Notes: generated by a model from the letters alone, not told the origin. A DNA stretch of 64,000 nucleotides from Octopus sinensis (GCF_006345805.1 NC_043012.1:50716001-50780000); one strand, 5' to 3'; counted from the stretch's first letter, positions 38,558 through 52,484 are shown. Made by a program: numbers and translations.

Positions 38558-38928
38558 GTATATATAACGTTGATAACAAAGAAGACAGCAGAGATTTTAT
38601 TCACATCCGAAAGCTTCTTTATTGATAAGGTTTATATAGCAACTGTACCAACTGTACAATGATTTGTATACAATTATAAGTTTTAGTCATTGCAATTTCA
38701 TCAAGAGTCCATCATTAAAAGTGAACTGATTTTAACAAGCGTCCTCGTACTGTGTGTGTCTGTGTGCTTATGTGTGTGTATGTGTGTGGTGTGTGTTTGT
38801 GGCGTGTGTGTATCATGTATGTATCTCCCTCTCTCTCGATCTCTCTCTATCTATCTATACACATGCACACATATATATATGTATACATACATACATACAT
38901 ACATGCATACACACACACACACACACAC

Positions 38929-38963
<35 letters not shown>

Positions 38964-39334
38964 TATAACGATAAGGGTTTTGAAACAAGTTACTTGACCA
39001 CATACTGAAAATTTTAGAAATAGCAGCCAAAAGACTGCTATTAAGCTATATGCTATTAAGCATATAAATATATATATATATATGCTTAAAAAATATATTA
39101 AAATCGTTATGTTAGGAACGGGTGATTAAATTTTTTATACAGTGACATTGTTTCGTATTTTCTTTCTAATTTCTCAAATTTCTTTACCAATATCGTATCA
39201 TCTCTTCGCTATGGTGTGATGCAGAAGATTTCAAAACAGGGGGAGGTAATCAGGGATTCTTTTTCGGTTCAAGGCAGATAATAAAATATGTTGGGAATGA
39301 TTAGGTCTTGTTAATTTGACATGATTTGGTTTCC

Positions 39335-40215
39335 ATAGAAGTGGTTAAGTTTTGGTTCAAATTTTTCAATGTGGTAAGTTTCCGTACTTAAAAATGCTAG
39401 AAATGGTTAAATTTTGTCTTATATTTTTTCAAAGAAGTAGGTTTCCTCATTTAATCTCACTTGTGTTTGTGTTCCAATGGCGCATTGATAAAATTGAAAT
39501 TTTACAAATTGTGGTAGCAATTGTTTTGCACATCTCTGTTTTCTTAGTATCCTTCTGTTTTCTGGGAATGCAATCTGCTTTCGTTGCAGATGGCATCTGC
39601 GTCTGAACGATAATCCCGTGGACCATATGTAGTTTTGCTGGCAGCCCGAGCATCTGATAACATAAATAAAGTTTTATGAGTTATAAGTAAAATCAGATTT
39701 GATTTTGAATTTAATGTCACCGTTTAAATAGGAATTATGTTCCTTCTAGAAGGTTTGGGCATGTTCCGCAATTAGGTCGACCATATTTTTTCACTTTTGC
39801 GTCCGTTATTTTAGAAAATAATTTTGCCGTTATGAAGATCTTTTTTAATAATTTCGGTTGTTTGTGACTTTTAATGAGCTGAACTGGGTGGGGTCTGTTA
39901 ATGAGTGTTTTGTTGAGTTCTTGTAGTCTAAAATCACAGGTATTTTTTCTGACATGATTGTGCATGGGTGAAGGGGATGTTTGTTATGGTGTGACTTGAG
40001 TGTCATGAATTAAATAGTAGATATTGTTTGGCGCCTGTGGTTTTTTAAATTATGTCCCTCTCTGCGTTTAGGTTTATTTTCCTAATTAATATACCCAAGA
40101 ATGGGGGCACCTTTTGGTTGTATTCGATTGTAAATTGTATGTTTGGTTGACCAGGAAAGTTTACACTTGTTATGTTGTTTTTGTTTATTCATTATATATC
40201 TTGAATTAATGTTGC
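39335..40215 (-). mobile_element. Penelope-like element: RT C-terminus plus GIY-YIG endonuclease, degenerate
   Basis: NIQFTIEYNQK..RLQELNKTLINR..KYGRPNCGTCPNLLEG..FIYVIRCSGCQQNYI.STGLSFRRRC..ETYHIEKFEPKLN. Confidence 0.85.
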
Positions 40216-40426
40216 ACTGAGGAGTGAAAAGTGTATAAAACTGCACTGATTACGTAATCAAAATGTGATATGCAGCTAAATTCTGTTTTTAAAGGACTTG
40301 CTTCGAGAGTTTGTTTCGGTACGATATGTTTATTTATTTTAGAAGTTTCGACTTTAAGAGTCCCTCCTAGCGTGCGGCATTTATGCGTAATAATGCTCTC
40401 TATATAATATTATATATATATATATA

Positions 40427-40721
40427 GGCGCAGGAGTGGCTGTGTGGTAAGTAGCTTGCTAACCAGCCACATGGTTCCGGGTTCAGTCCCACTGCGTGGC
40501 ATCTTGGGCAAGTGTCTTCTGCTATAGCCCCGGGCCGACCAATACGTTGTGAGTGGATTTGGTAGACGGAAACTGAAAGAAGCATGTCGTATATATGTAT
40601 ATGTATGTGTGTGTCTGTGTTTGTCCCCTGAGCATAGCTTGACAACAGATGCTGGTGTGTTTACGTCCCCGTCACTTAGCGGTTCGGCAAAAGAGACCGA
40701 TAGAATAAGTACTGGGCTTAC
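40427..40721 (+). mobile_element. SINE family A, young copy lacking its 3' tail
   Basis: Nearly identical to 19607-20024 up to agtactgggcttaca, then diverges abruptly. Confidence 0.92.
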
Positions 40722-41555
40722 AGTTTTAGCACTGGTTCTGTTGCACGCTAAGAGATAGCAGCGCAAGGTTGCGTGCCCAGTGAGACTTATCAATGTATTT
40801 TATGAAGCAGTGTACCTAGTGACATCGCTGTGCTTCTTTCGCAAGTTCTGCAAGTTGTGTTTTTATGGTCACATATATGATCTGCAACTTTGTCATGGAG
40901 AAAGACACAGAGGTTACATGAGGTTTTGCGTTAAACATAGGAAGTCTACTACAGGGACATTCAGCATGCTTTGGCAATATTAAGGTGACGCTTCAAAAGC
41001 GGAATAACGTCTCAGGGGAACGATGAGCAAATGAAAGACCTGTCACTAACGTCACTGACGGAAACATGGAATTGTGCATCGAGAATTCGTCCCCTAGATC
41101 AAACCGTAAATCGAGAGTTCTACTGCAACAATTTGGGGGAGGACATTCATAGAAAGCACACGGATCTGTGGAGTGCGAAGAATTGGATTCTTCGCCGAGC
41201 ACTCCTCACTCGTAAGTTTCTCACCAAAATCAACATGGTATCACTTTCGCACCCACTTTATTCGCCAGATTTGGCACCTGCGAACTTTATTCTCTTTCCC
41301 AATATGAAAAGGCAGCCCAAAGGACACCGTTTTAACACCGTTGTAGAGATCGAGAGCGAAACACAGAATGTCCCCGACTCGCTCACAGAAAATGACTTCC
41401 AGGATGGGCTCCAAAAGTGACAGGAGCGCTGGGACCTGTGTATTGCTGCGCGAGGTGACTATTTCGAAGGGGATGACGTCAAAACTGAGGTAAATAAGTT
41501 TTGTATCATTTATTTAACATAAATAGTCCTAGATCCTTTTGATACAGTATTGTAC
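40722..41555 (+). mobile_element. Mariner element with internal deletion
   Basis: N-terminus MRFCVKHRKSTTGTFSML, then C-terminus DQTVNREFY..HPLYSPDLAPANFILFPNMK..KGHRF..ERWDLCIAARGDYFEGD. TIR-like end atcctttttgatacagtattgta. Confidence 0.9.
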
Positions 41556-41572
41556 ATAAATGTCTACGTGTG

Positions 41573-41614
<42 letters not shown>

Positions 41615-42589
41615 ATATAATATATATATATATATAGGGAAGTGTGAGCGTAAGCTTGAAGATCTTGTGAGTATGTGTATGTGTATGTTTTGGCGTATTT
41701 CTGTGTGTGCATGTGAGTGACTACGTTCAGCGATATGTGCGTGTGTTTTGATGTATGTATATATGTTGAATTGTGTGAAACTGTCTAACGTTTGTGTTTG
41801 AGAGTGTTTCAGTTTTGTTTGTGTGTATGTGGAAACATATATTTGCAGCAGATAATTTGTGGTTGTATATTGTTGTGCGAGTAGCATGTGTACGTGAGTG
41901 TATGCTCATGTGTTGTTTTTTAGATGGGTAGTAGTCATGCGTGTGTATGTGGACGAGTGTTCTTACACCTGTTATCATTCGGAGTGTGTATGTAGGACTG
42001 TTGTATAAAGGGTGTAAGCGTACCCAGTTCATATGTATGGGAATGTACGTATATATGTGTTTAGAGAAAGTCAGTGAGACACACACACATACATATCCAC
42101 ACACTCATTTCTATGTAAGAATATATGTATTGATAATAATTGAAATGGTAGTAATACATTATGAATGTTTTGTAGATATTGACTGAACTTGATATACATG
42201 CAAATGCTAATGAATTTCAATTTAGAGAAACATATCTATCAAGTTAATTGAGATTATTTCTTTGAAACTATAATAAAATAGACCTTAGTTATTTCTTTAA
42301 ATGTTTGTCTTGGTTGAGAATCTGAATATTCCAATCGTTAGAATTACCATATCTTACAGAAACAACTTTTATATTGGAAACGCTTGGAATCAATAGCGAA
42401 AATAATATAAACTGTATCATGCTTTATCGTGATCTATGAATATTTTTAACGCATAATATATTAACATATGGCTACCAAATTTATTCATTAGTAGGCTCAA
42501 GCAATTCATTGACAGAAAGAATATAATTCACACATAAATTTCAGAGCACCAGTAATGTTTTATATATTAGGTTTGGTTATTGAAAGGAT

Positions 42590-43304
42590 TAGAATGTACC
42601 TGAAATCGCTTTTTCATGGTTGAAATATCTTGGTGAAACTCTTCACCACGTTCGTCACTAACCGTCCCACATTTTGCTGGAAAAAGTCTATCAGGGAGTC
42701 TAAAAATTATATTTTAAGTGACATATTACATCCCACGTTCTTTCTCGCCTCAATGAAGTTTTACACAAATTCTTTGTAGTTTCCATCCCTTCTGTTTCCA
42801 AGAAATCCCTTCACCACTAACTGGAATGTTTCCTAAGCATCTTTCTCCTCCCCATGAAGGGCGGATTCAAAGTCACTATATTTAAGAAGCTCTCGAATCT
42901 GTTGAAAAATGAAAACTCCCTCTTTTATCTTAGCTCAGAGTGGGGAATTTGGGTGTTAAATACTTCAATCCCTGACCAAGTTTGGCCATAGCTTTTACAA
43001 AGTTTTTCATGAGCCCCATTTTTGTGTGTAGTGGTGGTAGCAAAAGTTTGGTTGGTTCAGTGAGAGGTGGATGCTGAACAATTTTCACCCTAGGCTCCAA
43101 TGATTGATAAGGTTACCAGTCTCCCCTGATATGGTGGGAAACTCTTGCACGGCTGTCCCAATAACACAGAAGACAGCAGTATGTGGTGTCTCCACCCTGC
43201 AAGCCTATCACGAGAGCATCACAAAAGCGCTTCTGTGATGCAAAGGTCACACCACCACGAATGTAGCAGAAGTTGTCTGCCTTATTCACACATGTACGAG
43301 GCAT
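42590..43304 (-). pseudogene. Chapaev3-type (CMC superfamily) transposase with a large internal deletion
   Basis: MPRTCVNKADNFCYI..VTFASQKR is fused directly to GLQGGDTTYCCLLCYWDSRAR..LLLPPLHTKMGLMKNFVKA..GCNMSLKI..SDERGEEFHQDISTM. The ATG is preceded by an acceptor-like tttcag. Family name assigned from recalled motifs; TIRs not located. Confidence 0.85.
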
Positions 43305-43883
43305 CTGAAAGGAGAAGACACAAAAAACCAATTAGAAGATTAACAAAGAATTTATTCATAAATTTATCATTATCATACAGAGCATGACAGCTTAGCAGAA
43401 TTATTTATATTATTCAGTAGGAAAATTAAATTAATATAAAATGTCTCACATGTATATTAATAGCTTGCTCGATGAATATTTATTACAAGTTTTAAAAAGT
43501 GTTTGACTAGGAAAATCACCTACCTGTCAAATCAAAATGTAAACTTGCACAGAACAACCAGTTTCTATTACTCCTGTAACAATACTGAAGGGTAGTGAGT
43601 GTGGAAAGAAACACACAGCCGCAAGGGTGTTGGAACCTGTTGTAACACGTAGGTGTATCTTGAAAAGCGGAGCTAACAAACAAATTCAACCATGATATTC
43701 ATTATAAGTGACCTAAAATTAGTTGGAAATTTCTAATCTGGTCTCGGAAACATTTTTGCTGTTGACCTGAGTTATCAAAGAGGCAGCGTATCCACCTTGA
43801 ATTAGTTGCAATGCATAGCCTTCTTAGAAACTTGATGCAAACGTCATCATGCTGAATTAGACGGTATAAATATTTCATATATA

Positions 43884-43938
<55 letters not shown>

Positions 43939-43942
<4 letters not shown>

Positions 43943-44204
43943 CGTGACCGACCAGGCTATCAGATGTTGCTACACATCGCTGGTCACAATGCGCTTCGCA
44001 TTGTTTTAGCCTTCAAAGCGAGCAGGCCAACAGAAGAAAGAGTGAGAGAAAGTTGCGGCGAAAGAGTACTGCAGGGATCGCCATCACCCACTGCCGGAGC
44101 CTCGTGTAACTTTAGGTGTTTTCGCTCAATAAACACTCACAACGCCGGTCTGGGAATCGAAACCGCGATCCTACAACCGCGAGTCTGCTGCCATTGCGTC
44201 TCCA
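43939..44204 (-). mobile_element. tRNA-derived SINE family C
   Basis: Head tggagacgcaatggc..gtaggatcgcggtttcgattcccagacc (B box), body ending gcctggtcggtcacggtga, then (TA)n. Confidence 0.75.
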
Positions 44205-44233
44205 CACACACACACAACACACACACACACACA

Positions 44234-44284
<51 letters not shown>

Positions 44285-44341
44285 CATACATATATATATA
44301 TACATACATATATATATACATACACATATATATATATACAT

Positions 44342-44372
<31 letters not shown>

Positions 44373-44377
44373 CATGC

Positions 44378-44430
<53 letters not shown>

Positions 44431-45502
44431 ATAGGAAAGAATGATATATATATGATATATATATATTAAGTATAGGAAAGAATGATAAGGGTAAAAGAAT
44501 ATGTGCCCTATATAATTCCGAACTCTTTCCTATTCTGTTTGCCCGAGGCCGACTAATAAACTCGATTGTGGAGAGTTCTTTCAGATGCCCACACTGGAAA
44601 AAGCATACCTTTTTCTCATAGCAATGAAGTCTAATATAGATAACCCCTGGATTTCCTAAAAAAAATTGAAAAGTGATACCTCATCCCTGTTAGTATAAAA
44701 GACTTTCTCATAGTTGCCAAGAACTACTACCAATCCCAACAGTAACCTTGTATTTGTCATTGCTATTGTGGCCGCCCTCTCCCTATTAAGTTGTCACATT
44801 CGAGCACACAGACACAGTATTTTCAGTTCTTGACCGTTAATTCTTGCTATATCTCTCTCTCTGCATTCCACACACACTTTCACGCATTCAAAGACGCACA
44901 CACACATACATTAAGGCAATTTTACACACTCATACATTCGAGCACTCATTCATAAAATAAATCAAATATAAACACCAGTCATACAGAATACATTCACACT
45001 CTTTAATTTTCCTATACCTTCCTTCTACTACTTGATGCTGCCCTTGAACTATGTCAACGGACAATTTCTTCTGCTTTCATCCAATCTGGCGTCAACCCCT
45101 ATAAATAGACATTTTTTTCATTATTTTTATGGGCTCCTCGTGAGCAGTCGTCGAAAAGCTTGTTGCGCATTTTGTTGGAGAATTAAGTTCCTGGATTAAC
45201 CTGAAGAGAAAGCTGCATAATGGACACCTTAGTCACTCGGAATTAGGGACTTTGCAGACTTCGAAACATATGTCGAAAATAAGATAAAGGATTTTGTTAA
45301 ATATTCGTGCAGCTCCATTCTTTCCTATACTTAATATATAAAACTTCAAATTTCCGCACTAAGGCACGGACTTTATGCCCTATGGTCGTAACTTCAACCG
45401 TGCCCTTTCTGTTGTGAGTTGCTACCCAGGTATCGGTTATCTTTCGAATTATCCGTAATAAGATAATTCATTTGTCTACCTATATATATATATATATATA
45501 TA

Positions 45503-45725
45503 TACACCAGAGATTGCTAAAAAGTTCCTGACTTAAAGGGTGTCGTGAAAGGCCTGCTTAAAGACTCAATATTCCGAGTTATTATAGAAGGCTTAGACAA
45601 ACCGAACGACTGCTGCGATAATAGTGTCGATTTGAGAGAGGGGAATGTTGAATAAGATCATAATGTAACGATACTCCTGTACTTTCTTTTACTCACTGCC
45701 TGAAACCTTTCAGCTGTCCATCGTA
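45503..45725 (+). mobile_element. Mariner-derived MITE, copy 1
   Basis: TIR-like ends (gctaaaaagttcctgactt / aaacctttcagc..tcgta). Retains GLDKPNDCCDNSVDLREGNVE*, a mariner C-terminus remnant. Reverse-complement homolog at 56927-57148. Confidence 0.8.
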
Positions 45726-45772
45726 TATGTGTGCACGTGTATACATGCACAAATGTGTGCGTATATATACAA

Positions 45773-45970
45773 CATGATAGTTCGTTAGCCACTTCACACA
45801 TTTTTTCCCTCCTTGTTTCTCTCCTTTTTTCTGTGTCCCTTTCTGTAGAAGAGCTTAGGCTCGAAACGTAAAAGACTTTTTCTATTCCTGAGCGTTATAT
45901 TAATACATCTGTTTGTTTTGTAAACCACCTGTCTTCGTCTTTTGTTTTTTTCGTAAACTCTCCCTATATA
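45773..45970 (-). repeat. Short interspersed repeat (family X), copy 2
   Basis: Reverse-complement match to 312-498. Confidence 0.75.
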
Positions 45971-45996
45971 TATGTTTATATATATATATATGTGTT

Positions 45997-46045
<49 letters not shown>

Positions 46046-48240
46046 ATGTGTATATATACGAAGGGCCATAACTCAGTGTGTTCGGGCCATGAAGTTGGAC
46101 AGAAACGATGAATAAAATCACATTATATACCGTACATGTTAGGTAGTTGATTTATTGTAACCAGCGTCGACCCATTTTGAAAGGCGATCGACAAACTATA
46201 AATGCCAATTGATATTGTCTACTAGAGAGAAAATGAGATAAACTTAAGAAGCGAAAATTCGGTAAATTGAGATCATAAAGTAAATCGTTATAATTTATTC
46301 GAACACAGCGGAACATTTGACTATAGTAGTTTCACCGTCAAAAGATATCATTACCTCAGTATATTTGTATACATACAAATATACGTAGCTTTGGGTTGCA
46401 TGTATGTATTGTGTGTCTATGTGTGTGTGTATGTGTGTGTGTGTGTGCGCGCATATCTACTTGCTCTCAAGATGAGTAAATATAGTACGGCTAAATAGCC
46501 AATTAGTCGCATCATATTTTCAAGATTTATAATCATTACCCGCCAAAAAATTGCTAAATTCAAATAACGTGATGCACACAGCTTAGCTGTTGTGTTGTGT
46601 ACAACTCACTAAAGTTGCGTAATTTGTCTGAATGTAATTACTTCATCTTATTTTAGCAAAGTCACAAAATTCTTAGGTAAATTCTTAACCATGATATAGG
46701 AAAATTAGAATTAAGCTAATTTTTCTTGTGGTACCTGAGATGCAAATATATATGGAAGCATAATTATATAGGGTTGAAATCGGGTGGATTTGTTCTGAGT
46801 GTTATATGTATTATTTTTGAAACACTAAATATGAATATAAGATTTAGCTATAATAAAAATGGAATGGAATTTATATGACAGGCTAGAAAATGGGCAGATT
46901 CTCCTGGTCTTCACTGTTTAGTTCGAAAGTGAACAGGACATTTGAAATATTTATAAGAAGTTGTCGAAATGGTTGTTACAAACATTTTAAAATAATAATT
47001 TCTACTATACTAAAGGCTCTTCCATACTATTCAATATGGTGGCATTTTGTGCAGTTTGAAATTTATAAATTCCTGTGCTACTGAAACACGAAATATTTCT
47101 TTATTCACTTTCCTTATATAATCGATGTTGTTCTTTATCAACAAACAAATACAATTGGAGAAGTCTGTGACGTTTCATTTGCCAGTGTCAAAAGGAAGCT
47201 GCTTGTATGATTTAATTTTCATGTTCTGCATATGCTCGTAGAGAACATTTTTGAATATGGTCTATCCTATTCATATGTGTATTTTGCTAAAAAGTTTTCG
47301 TATGGGGCCCTTAAAGTAATTTAAGATCCATAGACTAGCTCTTCGTCTTTAGAAGCTTATTCTAATTTTCTGAATTACAAGGTAGAAACAGAACATTTTC
47401 TGCCGCTCTTTCACTCCCAAACCATCTATTAATGAATTTTAAAATTCGAATTTAGCCTTATCTTTCAGTAACATTTCATTTCGTTTCTTCGGTGTATGAA
47501 AAATACTAGGCTCATGTTTCAGGTTTTGGAATAAATGAAGAGTAAACATGAAGAGTGAAAAAATATTTTTACACTTCAGAGATGATCGTCAAAACATTTG
47601 AAATGTGTGAAACCTCTAACACAATTTTAATAGATGTACAAGGTGGTCCTGAAGTAACGCTGCCATTTAATACCTCAATAAATGTTTAATATCTATTTAT
47701 TTCTGAAACAATATTTCTATAAATGTCAGTATAACATGTGGATGTTTTTTAAAGCTTAATTATGAAGCCAAATTTCACACAATATAAGAACTAGCTATAA
47801 TAAAAATAGGACGGAATTTATATGACATACTATATAACAGGCATATTCTACTGCTCTTTACTGTTTAGTCAAATTAATGTAGAATAATGCTGGCCAAAAA
47901 CCAGAAGTGTCGCGAAACGCAGGTGAGCTGTATCAAAATTAGTTAATAGCAATAGAATATTAATTAGTGTATCCAGCCGAAATCATTAATTATATAGCAA
48001 GGAATATATCATATCCCAATGAAGATGAGGTGTTTCGATAGCAAACTCGTTGATTTCTGTGGAGGAAAGCATTGGGCCACGCTCGTCTTATGACTTTTAA
48101 TTATCATATATCATCAGTTTTGTGATATCATAACAGACATTGTTACCACTAACTTTGTTGCATGTCGCCTGGATCTTGCCGTCAAATATTCTGTTCTATA
48201 AACAACGTATATTCTATATAAATAGAGAATATTGTACGAC

Positions 48241-48283
<43 letters not shown>

Positions 48284-51200
48284 CTAAAGCATATACCTTT
48301 TCATATAGCTTTATCACAGAAGTACTCGAATTAAAATATGGTACACTCTGACTCATGTTTTTACATGCATTTTTTAAACATGTCATTGAGTATGAGTCTC
48401 TAAATTTACAGCTAAATACAGAATGCTGAGGCTGTCATTTACATACAAAACTGAAAAGTTTGGTGGCAAAGATTAAGTAAATCATTTATTAGAATCATGC
48501 AAGTCGATTTTGCATTCGATATATCAAATGTGCAGGAATAAGTGCTAAATAATTTTCATCGTAGTGATGTATGAGAAATACTCCTTTCTTTGTTTTCGAA
48601 ATAGTGTGACTTACCAGCTGGTACAACAGCGAGCTGTAGAAATATTCTAAACTCTTGGTATCGCAGACAACGAAATACATTTGCTTTTACTCATAACACT
48701 ACAGAAATGTGCAAGAATTCTTTTGCATACCGACTATGAAGTCGCTGCCAAGTCATAGATGGCAAGTAAATGGCATTTCAGAATCCTTGAAAACGAAAAC
48801 CTTTATGTATGTGTTCCTAGTAATCAAAATCAATTTTATGTGAGCATATCTATGATTCCAAAACAATTTCCGCTATAGTTTGATTTCTTTTTCTCCATAT
48901 CTAATTCATATTTTTGCGGATTTCACTCAGTTTCTCAATCCCGTTGAGTTATATCCCTTAATTTTATTTTTGCACTTTAACTTAATCAGCACAATATTGA
49001 TCATCACCATAATTCGCAAATACGTAATTTTGTATTGCTCATGTGTGAGACAGATTTATATTGTGAAGTGCCTTTAGGAGAAGGATTGATCATTGATGAT
49101 AAATAAACATTTCTTTGATTACGTCTGCTAATTAAATTGTGCTGGACATAATTGAAGGCGGACTACGAAATCTATAGGATTGGAAGTAGGCAAAGACTTA
49201 TTCACTTGTGTAGCAGCAACGATATAAATGATTTTTATGATATATACTTTTCTATTATGGACGTTTCAATACATTTGCCTCCAAAAGAAATCGAAACATG
49301 GTCTGCAAACTTTTGTTAGTTTTCTTTTTTCTTCACGTCACGCAACGTACAAACAATGCACAAACTTATATAATTACCTACATTATACCATATCATATGC
49401 TATGTATGTATAGTTAAAACCATCGATATATAAATTTCATAAGTTAGTGTTATATATGCTTCAAGTGATTCAGCTATCTTTTACTTATACCGTAAGTGCA
49501 TTATTCCCGTTTCTGTGATTTAAATTTTAAATCTCAGACTTCTGCAATCGATCTTTTGATAAAAATACATTTTCCCTAATATATGTATATTATAGCAAAT
49601 GTGCAACAAAGTGGACAGAAATGATTTACATACGAAGTTGTTAAAGAAATTATTGCAAAGTCTATGTCTTTAGTGTTTTATTTCTTTTTTGAGACTAACT
49701 TTTCCATATGATACAGATTTAATAATGGCTGTTTTAACAAAAAAAAAATCCGTGATATAAACTATTGTATTTTAAACGATGTGCCGCGTTTATTGCTCTA
49801 GACACACAAATATACAAACAAGCACACAAACGAACCCTACCCACCATATATATATATATATAAATGTGTCTGATTCTGTGTATTTATGTGTGTGTCCGTG
49901 CAAGTGTATTCGTATGTATATATGCTTATTTAATATTTTATATGAATTGTGTGTTGTTATTTTGTTTTTGCAGATGAATGGTTATGAAAAAATTGCTTAT
50001 TTTCCACGATTTGTTTTGAAATATTTGAATTATGATATTGTTGGTGTTGAGTACATCCTTTTCAAGATTTATAATGCTTGCCGCTTTCCATTAAATAACA
50101 GTGAAGTTATAAGGTCTTGAAAAAGTGTACGCCATGAAATCAATATAAATAACCAACTTAGGCATTTGTAAATAGATTGTATTGTTCCACATGCCATCTA
50201 TTTTTAACAATATATTCAAAATTATTTTTTCTCCTATCATATTTCTTATCAGACATGATGTATCGTCTGCGCTATCCTATTAATTTGGTAGCCGTAAATT
50301 ATATATTCGAGCAACGTTTATTGCTGAGAGTATGTGGTCGTATTTCTAAGGTGTCACGAATTATAAGATACCTGTTATGTGTCTTAGAGAATAGATGCAT
50401 TAGTGAGAAGCTTCGGATGCTACGGGATTTATAATGATAGTTAGTAAGAGAAAGAAAGAATCAAGTCGATGAAGAAAATATTTTCCAATTATCTCCATGA
50501 CCTTATAGATGCCGGGTTTAAGAGCTTTAGGACAGTGGTTGGCAGGGTCAATGAGATCCATTAAAATTTCGTGGGAGGTTGGCATCATCAGATACAAAAG
50601 CGCAAGTAAATCTTAGATCATTTCACTTTAATATAGTTAATTCTTCAATATATGGTTGTATGCGTGCGTGTATGTATATGAGTGTGCGTTGTGTATGTGT
50701 TTATGAATATATGTATATGCATATGTATGTGTATTTATTTCTCTCTATCTCTTCTTCGATCTTCGGTTTGACAATTCTTTTTGCTCCTTTCTTTTCCCAA
50801 ATATAATTTAACATCATCCAGTCTCTTCTATACACTGTCTAGCTTTCCATTTTTCTCAAAATCATTGTTATTATTTCTCTTCGTTACTCAATTTCCAACA
50901 TTTAATTACTCATTCCCACATTCTTCACATAGTCTCCCTCCTATGCACCAGCTCCATTTTTAATTATTTAATTAATGTCGTATAGAGTAACTAGTATGTT
51001 TCGACATTGGTAAAAATTTACCACACCAATGCATAGAAGAGGAGGCATGCAAGAGCCTAGTGCCATCTGCTCTGGACCTTTGCATTCTGATCTCAAAACA
51101 CGAAATTGACTATATTTGTACGGGGCTTAATTTGTGTCATCCAGTTTTAAAAAATTACTTGGTAACGTGTGAGTCTTTAGAAGCGTCCACTTTGTTGCTA

Positions 51201-51339
51201 GCATCGTGGTCAGGCTCCAAGAGTTAGAAAACACTATCGCTCTTTACTGTCTATCAGACATTGTAAAGGGTCATAAGTGTTGCTTTATTTCTTGAACCTC
51301 ATTGAAAATATAAGAATATAAAGTCCTCTCCATAATTAT

Positions 51340-51715
51340 CGTGGCTGTGTCGTAAAAAACATGTTTCACTAACACTCGTCCCGAGTTCAGGTCCACTGCA
51401 TGGCAACTTGGGCATGCGTCTTCTATATTCTCGGGCCAACCAAAACCTTGTGAGTGCATCTGTTCGACGGAAGTATACAGAAGTCCTTTATATATGTATG
51501 TGCGTGCGTGTGTGTGTATGTATGCATACATGTATGTCCCATTCCAACGCTTGACATGTGGAGGTGGCGTTGGTGTGTTTCCATCCCTGCAACTTAGCAA
51601 TTCATCGAAAGAGAAAATAAGAACTAAGCTGAAAAAGTAAAATAGTTCAAATTAAAAATTGCTCAAGGTCGTGCACCAGCATGGACGCAGTCTACTGATT
51701 GTAAAGATGTACAAG
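51340..51715 (+). mobile_element. SINE family A, old full-length copy
   Basis: gtggctgtgtcgtaa..gagttcaggtccactgcatggcaacttgggc..ccttgtgagtg, with tail ggtcgtgcaccagcatggacgcagtc. Confidence 0.8.
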
Positions 51716-51814
51716 GTAACAAATATAAGATAAACTTATATTCCTATGTATATCACATATTGCACTAGCCTACATATAACGTATTCCAATTTAAGTTTGT
51801 TATTTATTATACGC

Positions 51815-52330
51815 TTATATACCGGGCAAGTGTCATCATCTTGTTGGCTATAGTCATGGTGTTTATCCATTTAAGTGTAATAGTTAGAGTAAGACAAATC
51901 ATGGTATGAGAACAAACCACAGATAGTGGCAGATTCGGAGACTAGCAAAGTCCTCTGGGATTTCCCAATCCAAACAGATCAGGTGCTAGGGCATAACAGA
52001 CCGGACCCTGTGATGGTCGACAAGATGTACCATTTATGCTATTTAGTTGATGTTGTATGGCCCTTTGACCCTCGAATAGTCACGAAGGCGAAAAAATAGA
52101 TAAATATAACCTTCTTAAGTTCAAAATAGCCAGGTTATGGACAATGGATTTAGAGATAGTGCCAGTTATAGTTTGTGAAGGAGAAAATAGTGCCAACTAT
52201 AGTATCAGAAGGCACCAGAAGGAATATTAAGGAAATTGGAATAGAGTGCTAAATAGAACTATTAGAAGAGGTTTGCCTCCTTGGCATGGCCAGAATAATC
52301 AGGAAATTATTAGATAGTTGTAAAGTATGG
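51815..52330 (+). mobile_element. R4/Dong-like REL endonuclease 3' fragment
   Basis: WYENKP..KVLWDFPIQTD..HNRPD..CYLVDV..PFD..IVPVIV..LLEEVCLLGMARIIRKLLDS. Followed by (TAA)n at ~52393-52615. Confidence 0.88.
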
Positions 52331-52419
52331 GAAGCATGGCACAGTAGGTTGCTGGTAGCAATCCCGCTCAAAAAGAAAATTGCGATAAAGGGAAATAATA
52401 ATAATAATAATAATAATAA

Positions 52420-52484
<65 letters not shown>

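Noticed and set aside
50400-50610. Protein-like frames on both strands (HEILMDLIDPANHCPKALKPGIYK; MKKIFSNYLHDLIDAGFKSFR)
   Set aside because: Short, weak splice signals and no family motif.
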